A stretch of DNA of 64,000 nt from SAR86 cluster bacterium. GTDB taxonomy: Bacteria; Pseudomonadota; Gammaproteobacteria; Magnimaribacterales; D2472. The notes under the pieces were generated by a model, which was given only the letters and a program-made list of their open reading frames with translations, was not told the DNA's origin and did not search any database. This document shows positions 37,277-47,657 of this stretch, in pieces; position 1 is the first letter of the stretch; each line of letters opens with the position of its first letter. The DNA lies in the NCBI GenBank assembly GCA_023703615.1, contig CP097971.1:1059476-1123475 (forward strand), given 5' to 3'. The translations under genes and the position numbers were made by a program.

Positions 37277-38286
37277 TATAGATTTGAAACCCTCACATAA
37301 GCAGCTAATTTATCTTCAGCTTTACCATTATTCATCAAGGTAAATGCAAGCTCTACTCCATCAGCAATGGAATCTACTTTTCTAGCAATATACAAACCAG
37401 CACCAGCATTAAGAGCAATCATATCTTGGACACCAGACTTTTCGCCAGAAAAAGCAGCTCTAACTAGCTGTAAACTTTCTTCAGGAGTCTGAGCTGTTAT
37501 TTCATCAAAATTACAATTGGAAAGGCCAAAATCGTTTGGTGATATTGAATATTCCTCAATTTTGTTGTTTTTCAATTCAGAAATTTGAGTTGGTCCTGTA
37601 ATAGAAATCTCATCCAAGCCATCGTCTCCATGAACAACCATGACATGGTCCATATCGAGATTTTTAGCTACTGTTGAAAATGTTTTGAGTAATTTACTGT
37701 CGTAGACACCTATAACTTGTCTTCTTGCTCCACAAGGATTGGTATGAGGACCTAAAAGATTGAATATTGTTTTCTGGCCTATGCGCTGCCTAGCAGGCAT
37801 TACGTATTTCATAGATTGATGATGAAGAGGAGCAAATAAAAAAATAAAACCAACTTCTTCAAAAACCTTAATAAGCTTTTCTCTATCGTGAGAGATATCA
37901 GCACCTGCGGCTGTTAAAAAATCAGCACTTCCCGATTTGCTAGAAATTGCTTTATTGCCATGTTTTGTAATTAAAGCTCCTCCAGCTGCAGCAACAAATG
38001 AAGATGCAGTAGAACAATTAAAAGTGTGAAGCCCAGTTCCACCGGTACCGCATGTATCAATATGTGTGCCATCTCCAATATCGAACTTTAAAGACTTATC
38101 TCTCATTACTGATGCAGCAGCAGTTATTTCAGGTTCTTCAATTCCTTTTTCATTTAAAGCTAAAAGAAAAGTCTCAATGTCATTATCTTCAACTTCGCCA
38201 GTCATAATGCTCTCAACAACGCTCTGCATTTCTTCAGATTGAAGATCTTTTTTATCTTTAAGTTTTATAAGAATATCTTCAATCAT
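37276..38286 (-). CDS. trpD: Anthranilate phosphoribosyltransferase
   Basis: DTCGTGGTGLHTFNCST, KHGNKAISSKSGSADFL, IFNLLGPHTNP, VVHGDDGLDEIS. Confidence 0.95.
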   Translation of the reverse strand: MIEDILIKLKDKKDLQSEEMQSVVESIMTGEVEDNDIETFLLALNEKGIEEPEITAAASVMRDKSLKFDIGDGTHIDTCGTGGTGLHTFNCSTASSFVAAAGGALITKHGNKAISSKSGSADFLTAAGADISHDREKLIKVFEEVGFIFLFAPLHHQSMKYVMPARQRIGQKTIFNLLGPHTNPCGARRQVIGVYDSKLLKTFSTVAKNLDMDHVMVVHGDDGLDEISITGPTQISELKNNKIEEYSISPNDFGLSNCNFDEITAQTPEESLQLVRAAFSGEKSGVQDMIALNAGAGLYIARKVDSIADGVELAFTLMNNGKAEDKLAAYVRVSNL

Positions 38287-38846
38287 AATTTTAAAAAATT
38301 TTCTATTAGCTTGATTCCAAAATTAGTTTCAATAGATTCAGGATGGAATTGAACGCCATATATTGGTTTTTTTTTGTGTTCAATAGCCATAATTACTTCT
38401 GGATTATCTTCCAACACACCTGTAATTTCCAACTCATTAGGTAAAGAATCTTTTTCTATAATTAAGCTATGGTATCTCACAACAGAATATGGGCTATCAA
38501 TCCCATTAAATATTTTTTTTTGATTGTGTTCGACTTTTGATAATTTTCCATGAAATATTTCTGGAGCTTTAATAATATTACCTCCAAATGCAGCTCCAAT
38601 AGCTTGATGACCAAGACAAACTCCTAAAATCGGAACAGAAGATTTTTTAATTAGCTCAATCGAAATACCAGCTTCATTTGGTGTACAAGGCCCTGGAGAG
38701 ATAACTATCTTTTTAGGATTGAGATCTTCGACTTGTTCTACTGTGATTTCATCATTTCTTACAACCATAACCTCATGACCACAGTCGCCAATGTAATGTA
38801 CTAAGTTATAAGTAAAACTATCATAGTTATCTAGAACTAAAATCAT
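38283..38846 (-). CDS. trpG: Anthranilate synthase component II (glutamine amidotransferase; may also serve PabA)
   Basis: ILVLDNYDSFTYNLV, ISPGPCTP, GVCLGHQAIG catalytic Cys, GVQFHPES. Confidence 0.92.
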   Translation of the reverse strand: MILVLDNYDSFTYNLVHYIGDCGHEVMVVRNDEITVEQVEDLNPKKIVISPGPCTPNEAGISIELIKKSSVPILGVCLGHQAIGAAFGGNIIKAPEIFHGKLSKVEHNQKKIFNGIDSPYSVVRYHSLIIEKDSLPNELEITGVLEDNPEVIMAIEHKKKPIYGVQFHPESIETNFGIKLIENFLKL

Positions 38847-40309
38847 GAAATCATCTCCATGGCATCTAAAAAAACTTTTGCTTTTTGTTTACATTCAAGC
38901 CATTCATTTTCAGGAATAGAATCAGCTACAATTCCAGCTCCAGCGCCAACATGAATAATATTATCTTTTATGACTGCAGTTCTTATTGCAATTGCGGTAT
39001 CAATATTGCCATTCCAAGATATGTAACCAATAGCTCCCCCATAAATGCCTCGAGAGCTAGGTTCTAATTCATTAATAATTTGCATGGCTCTTATTTTTGG
39101 AGCTCCTGATAAAGTGCCTGCAGGCAAAGTTGCTTTGAGCGCGTCGATATAATCTAAATCTTCAGATAGATTTCCTTCTACATTTGAAACGATATGCATT
39201 ACGTGTGAATATTTTTCTATTATCATTTTGTCTGTAACATTTACAGAGCCAATTTCAGATACTCTGCCAACATCATTTCTTCCAAGATCAATTAACATCA
39301 GATGTTCAGCAATTTCCTTAGGATCGTTTAATAAATCTTTTTCGTTGGCTAAATCTTCTGCAGGATTGGTGCCTCTTTTTCTGGTGCCAGCAATAGGTCT
39401 TAAAGTTACTTTATTTTCTTCAAGCCTTATTAATATCTCAGGAGATGCACCAACAACCTGACATTCCTCAAGATCAAGATAATACATATATGGTGATGGA
39501 TTTAGTGCTCTTAGAGCTTTATATAGATCAAATGGATTTTTATTAAATGACAAAGAAAAATCTTGGGCCAGAACAACCTGCATGACGTCACCCTCTTTAA
39601 TATATTTCTTTACTGAATCAACTGCATTTAGATAATCATTTTTTAAAAAATTAGAATCAAAAACTAGTTCTCCGGTGAGTTTGCTGAAGTTATCTTTAGA
39701 ATCTTCCGAATCATTGCTTAATAATACTTCTAATTCTTTTATTGTTGCCTCTGCCTGTTCATATGAGCTTTCTAATGGATTTGTATTCACAACTATTTGA
39801 ATAGATTGGTCAGAATTGTCATAAACAATCAATTTTTCTGCTTTCACTAGATAGATCTCAGGCATATGTTCTTTAAACTTAGACCCTTTATTTTTAAGTT
39901 CAGCTATTCTCTTTTCTGCATACTGAGCGCTTTCATATGCAAAAAAACCGACGTAACCTCCAAAGAATCTTGGTAAATTATCTATTTGAGGTGATTTATA
40001 TTCGCTGGTTAAATTCTTAATTTCTTGAAGAGGGTTATCTGATTGAAAAGATAAAACCTCAGAGTCAACTCTAGTCTCTATAATGTTGCCAGTAACTTTA
40101 ATAGTATCAATACAATCAAGGCCAATAATAGAATATTGAGCCCACTTTTCTCCTCCCTCGACTGATTCAAGTAAAAAAGTATTAGTTTTATTAGAAATTT
40201 TTGAATATAGATTTAGAGGAGTCGCTTGCTCTAAAGAGATATTCTTAGAGATAGGGATCATGTTATATCCCTGATCTACATAACTTTGAAATTCTTGTTT
40301 ATTAATCAT
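38843..40309 (-). CDS. trpE: Anthranilate synthase component I
   Basis: LLESVEGGEKWAQYSIIG, PSPYMYYL, GASPEILIR, RPIAGTRKRG, EHLMLIDLGRNDVGRV, LPAGTLSGAPKIRAMQII, RGIYGGAIGY. Confidence 0.93.
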   Translation of the reverse strand: MINKQEFQSYVDQGYNMIPISKNISLEQATPLNLYSKISNKTNTFLLESVEGGEKWAQYSIIGLDCIDTIKVTGNIIETRVDSEVLSFQSDNPLQEIKNLTSEYKSPQIDNLPRFFGGYVGFFAYESAQYAEKRIAELKNKGSKFKEHMPEIYLVKAEKLIVYDNSDQSIQIVVNTNPLESSYEQAEATIKELEVLLSNDSEDSKDNFSKLTGELVFDSNFLKNDYLNAVDSVKKYIKEGDVMQVVLAQDFSLSFNKNPFDLYKALRALNPSPYMYYLDLEECQVVGASPEILIRLEENKVTLRPIAGTRKRGTNPAEDLANEKDLLNDPKEIAEHLMLIDLGRNDVGRVSEIGSVNVTDKMIIEKYSHVMHIVSNVEGNLSEDLDYIDALKATLPAGTLSGAPKIRAMQIINELEPSSRGIYGGAIGYISWNGNIDTAIAIRTAVIKDNIIHVGAGAGIVADSIPENEWLECKQKAKVFLDAMEMIS

Positions 40310-40748
40310 TTTGTAAAATTTTATCTAAATTTAAAATATCACCAACTTTGATATTATTTCTTTTAAACCACCCTCGATTAACCTCTAAAGCATATAAAAC
40401 AGGTTTTTTAGAACAAACTGAAGCTTTTGATAATGGCACCATATCATAAATGTTAATTATTTTTCCGCTTCTATCCATATAAGCGACACTTAATGGTATA
40501 TATGTATTTTTCATCCACATACATTGAACTTTGTTTAAATTCCAAATAAAAAACATTCCATAATTTTCTGGGATAGCTTTTTTATACATTAGTCCTCTCT
40601 GTCTATCTTGAGAATTAGTAACTACTTCTATATTGGGTAGTATTTTTTCTAATGAAATAAGCTCAGATCCGCTAATACTAGCGGCAAACAGAAAAAAGAT
40701 CAGAAAATTAAACGATTTGAGACCGAAGTGTCTTGATTGTCTGCTCAT
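40302..40748 (-). CDS. DUF192 domain protein (exported)
   Basis: [21 protein letters not shown]...[19 protein letters not shown] is the DUF192 pattern. The internal Met at 40748 gives a signal-like N-terminus (ORF opens at 40784). Overlaps the rpe 3' end and the trpE start. Confidence 0.65.
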   Translation of the reverse strand: MSRQSRHFGLKSFNFLIFFLFAASISGSELISLEKILPNIEVVTNSQDRQRGLMYKKAIPENYGMFFIWNLNKVQCMWMKNTYIPLSVAYMDRSGKIINIYDMVPLSKASVCSKKPVLYALEVNRGWFKRNNIKVGDILNLDKILQND

Positions 40749-41376
40749 AATTATCCATATTAAAGATTGCAGATCCTGCAACAAAAGTGTCGGCGCCAGC
40801 AGCAGAAGCTAGTCCAATTGTTTCGTTATTTATTCCACCATCAACTTCTAGACGAATGTCCTTGCCTGATGCGTCTATCATTTTTCTTACTTCAGATATT
40901 TTATCAAGCGAGCTATGAATAAATGATTGTCCGCCAAATCCTGGATTTACGCTCATTATTAAAACCAAATCTAAATCTTCGATAACATTTTCTAAAACAT
41001 TTAATGAACTAGCTGGATTAAAAACAAGTCCTGCTTTGCAGCCTTGATCTTTAATAGCATGAATAGATCTGTGCACATGTTTAGAAGCTTCTGGATGAAA
41101 GCTGATTAGATCTGCTCCAGCTTTTATAAAGCTTTGAGCTAAATCATCTACTGGATCGATCATTAAATGAACATCTATAAATTCTGTAATACCGTAATCC
41201 CTTAATGATTTACATACCATAGGACCTATTGTTAAATTAGGAACATAATGATTATCCATTACATCAAAATGAACCCAATCGGCTCCAGCACTTAAGACAT
41301 TCTTAACCTCTTCTCCTAAAGTAGCAAAATTAGAGGCTAATATTGAAGGTGCTATTATGTATTTTGAGTCACTCAT
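40708..41376 (-). CDS. rpe: Ribulose-phosphate 3-epimerase
   Basis: [49 protein letters not shown]. Confidence 0.95.
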   Translation of the reverse strand: MSDSKYIIAPSILASNFATLGEEVKNVLSAGADWVHFDVMDNHYVPNLTIGPMVCKSLRDYGITEFIDVHLMIDPVDDLAQSFIKAGADLISFHPEASKHVHRSIHAIKDQGCKAGLVFNPASSLNVLENVIEDLDLVLIMSVNPGFGGQSFIHSSLDKISEVRKMIDASGKDIRLEVDGGINNETIGLASAAGADTFVAGSAIFNMDNYEQTIKTLRSQIV

Positions 41377-41379
41377 ATG

Positions 41380-42051
41380 CTAATTTTCGTCTTTATAAAA
41401 ATTATTAGCAAGTTCTAACCGCTCTATTGTTCCTGTATCTATCCAATTCCTTTTAGTTACTTCGCCTGTTACGCACTGATTCTGTATATATTTTTTTAAA
41501 ACTGAATTCCACATGTCAAAAGCGCCCTCCTTTTTTTTAACATCGTCAAAAATACATGGATTAATTATGGATATGCCACTCCAAGTAAGATCATTTTGGT
41601 CTTTTTTAATCACAACTTTGTTGCCATCAAGAGAAAAATCTCCATTAAGATTATGATTTGGATTTGAAACTCCAACAATATGAGCTTTTTCAGTATATTG
41701 TTTTAGATCTTTAATGTTAATGTCATGAAAAATGTCAGAATTTATCAATAAAAAAGGATCTTTTCCAAGAATATCTAATGCTTTCATAACACCTCCACCA
41801 GTTCCAAGAGGGATCTCTTCTTGCGAAAATTTAATATTAACTGACGGAAAACATTTTCTGACATGCTCTATGATCATAGATCCTAAATATGAAATATTTA
41901 TTACTATTTCATCAAAACCAGAATCTATTAATGTCTCTATATTTCTTTGAATTAGAGTCTTATTAGAAACTTTTAATAAAGGCTTTGGAATTTCTTTTGT
42001 TACTGGCAATAATCTTTTGCCATAACCTGCAGCAAGAATCATAGTCTTCAT
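41380..42051 (-). CDS. murU: N-acetylmuramate alpha-1-phosphate uridylyltransferase-like nucleotidyltransferase
   Basis: MILAAGYGKRLLPVTKEIPKPLL, LGTGGGVMKAL, FLLINSDIF, WIDTGTIERL. Colinear with pseudomonad MurU as I recall it. Overlaps the amgK-like gene by 4 nt. Confidence 0.72.
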   Translation of the reverse strand: MKTMILAAGYGKRLLPVTKEIPKPLLKVSNKTLIQRNIETLIDSGFDEIVINISYLGSMIIEHVRKCFPSVNIKFSQEEIPLGTGGGVMKALDILGKDPFLLINSDIFHDINIKDLKQYTEKAHIVGVSNPNHNLNGDFSLDGNKVVIKKDQNDLTWSGISIINPCIFDDVKKKEGAFDMWNSVLKKYIQNQCVTGEVTKRNWIDTGTIERLELANNFYKDEN

Positions 42052-43004
42052 ATCTGATTTAGTTTATTTAAAAGTTGTGATTGCACATCAGAACAAAAAT
42101 GATTTTTAAGAGATACATATTTTTTAGGGATCAGATCAATTAAATTGTTAAGAATCATTGGCAAATCTTTTAGTCTAAAAGATCGATTTTTACTAATATA
42201 TAAGCTACTTAGAGTGCCGAGTATTCTCATGTTTCTTTGAATTGCACCCCACCTAACCCATTCAAATATTTCTTTTGAATTTAATTCAAATTTCATTAAA
42301 TAACAATAATGATCAAGGCAACTTGAAATCATGTTATCTGAATATTTTACATAGTGATCAATAATTAATCCTGCGAGATCAATTCCAATTGGGCCCCTAG
42401 ATAGATCTTGAAAATCAATTACAGCGATTGCATCATCATGTTTTATTAAATTTCGTCTCTCAAAGTCACAATGACAATTCATCCATGGCTGTTTAGCTAG
42501 TTCCTTAACTGCTTCATTTTGTAATTTATCAATATCATTATGGGGTAGCACGCCCAAGAAATTATTTAAAAACTCTTCATTAAATTTATGCATTTGAACA
42601 ATAAGATCATCCGATTTTAGTATAGGGATTTGTGGAATATTAGCTTTTTGTATTTTTGCAAGCAGTGTTAATGACTTTTTAATTATTTTTTTGCTATTAG
42701 ATGATAAATCTAAATCAATAAGACATTTGTCGCCAAGATCCTCTTGAATAGTTATACCTTTATTATTATTAAAATAAAAAATCTTAGGCGACTTTATTTT
42801 TTCCTTAAAAAAGAAATTGGAAACATGAAGAAAATTCTCATGGTCTCCATTTTTTGGATTTAGGTAACATAAAACTTTAGTTTCATTTGGCGTTAAATTT
42901 ATTCTGTAATACTCTCTGCCACTTGCTTCAAGTTTTAAAGCTTTAGCTTTGGTAACTGAAAAACCACAATTCTTTGCAAGTTGAATTACTTCGGATTCTT
43001 TCAA
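42048..43004 (-). CDS. amgK: Aminoglycoside-phosphotransferase-fold kinase, anomeric MurNAc/GlcNAc kinase-like
   Basis: EASGREYYRI N-lobe motif. Catalytic loop HCDFERRNLI and VIDFQD (Brenner/DFG-like). Paired with murU near lptD as in Pseudomonas. Confidence 0.62.
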   Translation of the reverse strand: MKESEVIQLAKNCGFSVTKAKALKLEASGREYYRINLTPNETKVLCYLNPKNGDHENFLHVSNFFFKEKIKSPKIFYFNNNKGITIQEDLGDKCLIDLDLSSNSKKIIKKSLTLLAKIQKANIPQIPILKSDDLIVQMHKFNEEFLNNFLGVLPHNDIDKLQNEAVKELAKQPWMNCHCDFERRNLIKHDDAIAVIDFQDLSRGPIGIDLAGLIIDHYVKYSDNMISSCLDHYCYLMKFELNSKEIFEWVRWGAIQRNMRILGTLSSLYISKNRSFRLKDLPMILNNLIDLIPKKYVSLKNHFCSDVQSQLLNKLNQI

Positions 43005-43005
43005 G

Positions 43006-43863
43006 TTAACTGTTTTTTACTTCATCTGGAAGTGGTGTGTCATCTGGTACAAAAAAATCTGGCATAAGTTCTGCGAAAGGAACTTTTGCATATTTGGTAA
43101 AATCTTTTACTCCTGCTTCAAGTAAAACTAAATCGTCTATACAAAAATTTCCAGTAAATAATTTTGAATCTTTGGTTAAAATTTCATATGCAGCATCTGC
43201 CATAATATCCACATTTCTTGATAGCTTCATAATTTCATCACCGCCAAGATGATTTTGAACAGCAGCTGTAGCAATAGCAGTTCTAGGCCATAAAGCATTT
43301 ACAGCAATTCCTTTTTCTGCAAATTCACCAGCCATACCAAGCACACACATACTCATAGTATATTTTGCCATAGTGTATGCAACGGTACCTGAAAACCATT
43401 TAGTACTCATATCAAGTGGCGGCGATATGTTTAAAATATGAGGATTCTCTGATTTTTCTAAATGAGGTAAACAATATTTACTTACCATATAAGTCCCTCT
43501 TCCATTAATTTGATGCATAAGATCATATCTTTTCATTTCGGTATCAGTCACATTAGTTAGTTGAATTGCCGAAGCATTGTTAATGCATATATCTATGCCG
43601 CCAAAATGTTCTACAGCTTTATTAATACAATCTCTAACGTTATCTTCATCTCTAATGTCGCAGACCATTGGTAAGGCATCTCCACCAACTTCAATAATTT
43701 CATCAGCAGCAGTAAATATAGTTCCGGGAAGCTTGGGATGGGGCTCACTTGTTTTAGCAGCAACTACAATTTTAGCTCCATCAATAGCGGCCTTTTTTGC
43801 CATAGCAAGTCCAATACCTCTGCTACCACCAGATATAAAAATTACTTTATCTTTTAAACTCAT
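43006..43863 (-). CDS. SDR family oxidoreductase (HSDL2-like subgroup)
   Basis: VIFISGGSRGIGLA, NNASA, catalytic YTMAKY. Confidence 0.85.
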   Translation of the reverse strand: MSLKDKVIFISGGSRGIGLAMAKKAAIDGAKIVVAAKTSEPHPKLPGTIFTAADEIIEVGGDALPMVCDIRDEDNVRDCINKAVEHFGGIDICINNASAIQLTNVTDTEMKRYDLMHQINGRGTYMVSKYCLPHLEKSENPHILNISPPLDMSTKWFSGTVAYTMAKYTMSMCVLGMAGEFAEKGIAVNALWPRTAIATAAVQNHLGGDEIMKLSRNVDIMADAAYEILTKDSKLFTGNFCIDDLVLLEAGVKDFTKYAKVPFAELMPDFFVPDDTPLPDEVKNS

Positions 43864-43881
43864 TTTTTTTCCTTATTAAAA

Positions 43882-44622
43882 TTAAAATTTTTCCATGTAG
43901 GGTCTTAAATCTATTTCATGAGTCCATGCAGTCCTCCTTTGAGTATGAATGTTCCAATAGGTCTCTGCGATGTGCTCTGGGCACAGAATACCGTCTTTTT
44001 CTTTAAGTGCATATCTTTCTGGAAAGTTTTCCTTTATAAATGCTGTATCAATTGCGCCATCAATTATAAAGTGAGCAACATGTATACCCTGAGGCCCAAG
44101 CTCTCTTGCTATGCTTTGTGCCACTGCTCTCAGGGCAAATTTTGCACTCGAAAAGGCAGAAAAGCCAGAACTACCCCTAAGTGATGCCGTTGCACCGGTA
44201 AAAAATATACTGCCTTCGCCTCTTTTTTTCATATACTTCGCAGCTTCTCTACCAGTTAAAAAACCACTAAAAGCTGCCATTTCCCAAACTTTTTTAAAAA
44301 CTCTAGATGTCGTTTCTTCTATCGGGAAAAATACATTTGCACCTGGATTAAAAATTACTACATGAATTGGAGCGACTTTTTCTTCAACATCAATAAAGAG
44401 TTGTTTGACTGCTTCTTCATCTCTTGCATCTACACCGAAACCTTTTGACCAACCTCCGGACTTATTTATTTCTTCTGACAATATATTTAATTTATCAATA
44501 TTTCTTGGCCTTCTTACTGGACAAACTTTGTAACCATGACTTGCAAATTTTTTTGTCAATGCTGTGCCAGTGGCATCTCCGGCTCCAATTATAATCGCAG
44601 AATATTTTGAAAAATCTTTCAT
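43882..44622 (-). CDS. SDR family oxidoreductase
   Basis: AIIIGAGDATGTAL cofactor motif, FNPGAN, catalytic region SAFSSAKFALRA. Confidence 0.8.
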   Translation of the reverse strand: MKDFSKYSAIIIGAGDATGTALTKKFASHGYKVCPVRRPRNIDKLNILSEEINKSGGWSKGFGVDARDEEAVKQLFIDVEEKVAPIHVVIFNPGANVFFPIEETTSRVFKKVWEMAAFSGFLTGREAAKYMKKRGEGSIFFTGATASLRGSSGFSAFSSAKFALRAVAQSIARELGPQGIHVAHFIIDGAIDTAFIKENFPERYALKEKDGILCPEHIAETYWNIHTQRRTAWTHEIDLRPYMEKF

Positions 44623-44664
44623 AAAAGTGTTTAATTGCTTTACTTTACAAAATTGTTAATAGAA

Positions 44665-45264
44665 ATGAAAGTAGACTTTATTTATGACGTAGCGACTCCA
44701 AATGGATATTTAGCCCATAAGGTAGTTCCTTGGTTTGAAAAAAGAACTGGGGCAAAATTTAATTATATTCCTTGTCTTGCTGGAGGTATATTTAAACTAA
44801 CAAACAATACTCCTCCATTAATCGCAACAGCAAACGTAAAGAACAAGGCAGACTATTTTTTTACTGAAATAAACAGATTCATCGAAAAACACAAACTAAC
44901 AAAATTTAAGAATAATTCATACTTTCCTCAAAATTCATTGAATATTCAGAGGGGTGCAGTAGCTGCAGAGAAGCTGGGAATCTTGATGGAATATATTGAA
45001 TGTACGATGACAGCAATGTGGGAAAAAGATTTAAATATACAAGAATTAGATGTGCTTAAGAAAGCCCTTAATGATGATGGTATTGATCACGAGACAATCT
45101 TTAATATGATCCAAACACAGGAATGCAAAGACAAATTAATAGCAAATACATCTTGGGCCGTTGAAAGTGGAGCTTTTGGTATTCCCACTTTTTTGATTGA
45201 TGATCAGATTTTTTTTGGTAAAGACCACTTATATCAATTAGAAGAATATATAAATAATCGTTAA
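44665..45264 (+). CDS. DsbA-fold 2-hydroxychromene-2-carboxylate isomerase family protein
   Basis: MKVDFIYDVATPNGYLA (no CxxC, as in HCCA isomerases). C-terminal GAFGIPTFLIDDQIFFGKDHL. ORF opens at TTG 44635, but the ATG at 44665 fits family N-termini. Confidence 0.72.
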   Translation: MKVDFIYDVATPNGYLAHKVVPWFEKRTGAKFNYIPCLAGGIFKLTNNTPPLIATANVKNKADYFFTEINRFIEKHKLTKFKNNSYFPQNSLNIQRGAVAAEKLGILMEYIECTMTAMWEKDLNIQELDVLKKALNDDGIDHETIFNMIQTQECKDKLIANTSWAVESGAFGIPTFLIDDQIFFGKDHLYQLEEYINNR

Positions 45265-45319
45265 ATATAAAACTTTTAACCAAATAACCTATCAAAGATA
45301 AAAAGTATAAAATATATAT

Positions 45320-47650
45320 ATGAAAAGATTAATTCATCAAATAAATCTTTTGCTGTTGGTTATATTTTCATTTCATGTCAGCGCACAAAAATCTGTTTTG
45401 AATTTCATTGAAAATAGCGACACAAATAATTCTTGTTTTAGTTATTCCCCATATCTAGGTGAGGTCAATAATGAAAATTATAAAATTAACTCTAAAAAAT
45501 TTGATTTAACCGATGAAAATTTGATGATATTAAATGAGAACGTTGAGATTGATTTTAAAAATGGTCTTTTGTTAACAAATTATGCAAATCTTGATAAACA
45601 AAATTCAAAAATTATCTTTAAGAATGGGGGGTCACTTTTTTTAGAGAAATACGTTTTTGCAGCTGAAAGTGGTGATTTTATTAAAGAAAATGAGTCACTT
45701 TCATTAGAAGATGGTGAAGTTTTTTTTAAAGACAGTAATCTTATCTTTAATTTTAAATCTCTTAAAGGAAGTTTAGAAGATTCTATATATTTTGAAAATG
45801 TAAACATTACTTCCTGTTTTGATGCTTCCCAAGGTTGGAAACTATCTGCAAAAGAAATAGTTGTAAATTCCGATAAAAATCGTGGTGTCGCTAAAAGAGT
45901 AAAAATAGATTTACTAGACCGAACATTGATCAGACTTCCAATTATCCCCTTCGCAACATCAAATAAGAGAATGTCAGGATTCTTAGAACCTTCTTTGTCA
46001 TTTTCTTCAGACGGTTTAGATTTTATGATTCCCTACTACAAAGTCATTTCAGATTCATCTGACATAACAATTGCACCAAGAAATATATCAGATAGGGGTG
46101 TTGGCTTGGAGACTAATTATCGCAAAGCTCACGGAAAAACTCGTAATTTAAGAAAACTGGATCTTATTTACTTTGATGAAGATGATGAATTTAAAAAACA
46201 AAACGTTGAGAACTTTGATTCTAGATGGGCTTTTTTGTTTAAAGACCAATTTAATTTTAATAACTCAAAAGTAAATATTGATTGGGCAAAATCATCTGAT
46301 TCATTGGTATTAAGTGACATTCCTGGTGAAATTACTTCAATTGGTTCTCAAAGAAGTACTAACTTGCACCAGAATATAAAAATAAAAACATATTTTAAAA
46401 ATTCAATGCTCTCAATAAATCATATTGGTTTTCAAACCCTCAATCCAATTCTAACAAATGGATATAAAAAATCTCCAGAGATAGAGTTTAATAAGATATT
46501 TAACTTTAAAAACTACTACCTCGAAGGATTAATAAATACTTCTTATTTTAAAGCAAATGAAATTCATGGTTTTTATGGTTTTCAAACTATGAATGGACAA
46601 TATTTAAAATTAATTAACAATCCTTCAGAAGGAAGGAGAACTTATATTAAAATATCTGCAACAAATAAATTTAATTACAAAAATATAAATTTCAAAACTA
46701 ACTTTGATGTAAAAAGTATTTTTTATGATTTAGATAGCTCGAATACAAAGGCACAAAATGTTTCAGTACCACAAGTATTAATTGACATCGATTCGCTTTT
46801 TTTTAAAAAAGAAAAAAATAATTCCATTTCTTTAATTGAACCCAGATTAGTTATTGGATATTCATCTTATGAAAATCAAAGTTCTAATCCTATATTTGAT
46901 ACTTATGATTTGGATAAAAATAATCAGTTGTTTAATAATGAAAGGTTTGTTGGTATGGATAGGATTGGTGATCAAAAATTTTATACCATTGGTCTTAGGT
47001 ATCAAAAAATTCAAATGGGCATCACAAAACTTAATATGTCAATTTCACAAAAAACCTACTTTGAAGATCCTAAAGTTCATTTAAAAATGGGTCATATGGC
47101 AATGATAGGCAGTAAAAAAGGGCCAATAGTATTTATGTCTAGCTGGATGCCAAAAATGAATCAAATGTTAATGGGTTATGCAGGCTATCAAAATGATAAA
47201 GACCAATTGATGATGGCAGCACTTAGTTATAAAGCTAAATTTAATAAAAATACTTTTGGTTTTGCAAAAAGATATAGAAGAATGTCAGGAGATTTTAACG
47301 TAGTACTTAATTATTCTGAAATCTTTTCAGATATAAAAATTTCTGAAAAATTTAAATTTATTGCAAAGATAAAAAGAGATAATAAATATGATAAAAACAT
47401 TGAAACTGTTGCTGGTTTTGGATATGAAAACTGCTGTTTTGCATTTAATCTAACCGCTAGTGACAAGAATTTTACGAGATATAACCAAGCAAATTCTGAT
47501 ATGAATTATCTTTATATTAATGAAGCATGGGATAACATAATTGAAATAGAAAATAAAAGTAGAATTAATTTTGAATTTAAATTGAAAGGTTTTAACTCTT
47601 CTTTTGATAAAAATCGTAATTTATTTAATAATTCCCTCTTCAATTACTAA
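45320..47650 (+). CDS. lptD: LPS-assembly outer-membrane protein LptD
   Basis: Signal peptide. N-terminal OstA-like jellyroll, then ~550-aa barrel with RMSGFLEPS and GFGYENCCFAF motifs. lptD-surA-pdxA-rsmA-apaH synteny. Confidence 0.9.
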   Translation: MKRLIHQINLLLLVIFSFHVSAQKSVLNFIENSDTNNSCFSYSPYLGEVNNENYKINSKKFDLTDENLMILNENVEIDFKNGLLLTNYANLDKQNSKIIFKNGGSLFLEKYVFAAESGDFIKENESLSLEDGEVFFKDSNLIFNFKSLKGSLEDSIYFENVNITSCFDASQGWKLSAKEIVVNSDKNRGVAKRVKIDLLDRTLIRLPIIPFATSNKRMSGFLEPSLSFSSDGLDFMIPYYKVISDSSDITIAPRNISDRGVGLETNYRKAHGKTRNLRKLDLIYFDEDDEFKKQNVENFDSRWAFLFKDQFNFNNSKVNIDWAKSSDSLVLSDIPGEITSIGSQRSTNLHQNIKIKTYFKNSMLSINHIGFQTLNPILTNGYKKSPEIEFNKIFNFKNYYLEGLINTSYFKANEIHGFYGFQTMNGQYLKLINNPSEGRRTYIKISATNKFNYKNINFKTNFDVKSIFYDLDSSNTKAQNVSVPQVLIDIDSLFFKKEKNNSISLIEPRLVIGYSSYENQSSNPIFDTYDLDKNNQLFNNERFVGMDRIGDQKFYTIGLRYQKIQMGITKLNMSISQKTYFEDPKVHLKMGHMAMIGSKKGPIVFMSSWMPKMNQMLMGYAGYQNDKDQLMMAALSYKAKFNKNTFGFAKRYRRMSGDFNVVLNYSEIFSDIKISEKFKFIAKIKRDNKYDKNIETVAGFGYENCCFAFNLTASDKNFTRYNQANSDMNYLYINEAWDNIIEIENKSRINFEFKLKGFNSSFDKNRNLFNNSLFNY

Positions 47651-47657
47651 TATTAAT

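Noticed and set aside
40749-40784. N-terminal extensions suggested by the longest-ORF coordinates: DUF192 at 40749-40784, surA at 47604-47657, tsaD at 56582-56605, gmk at 63746-63772, the HCCA-isomerase-like gene at 44635-44664, and the FAD oxidoreductase at 8929-8973
   Set aside because: In each case an internal Met reproduces the family-typical N-terminus or signal peptide. The extension overlaps the neighbouring gene or intergenic promoter space.
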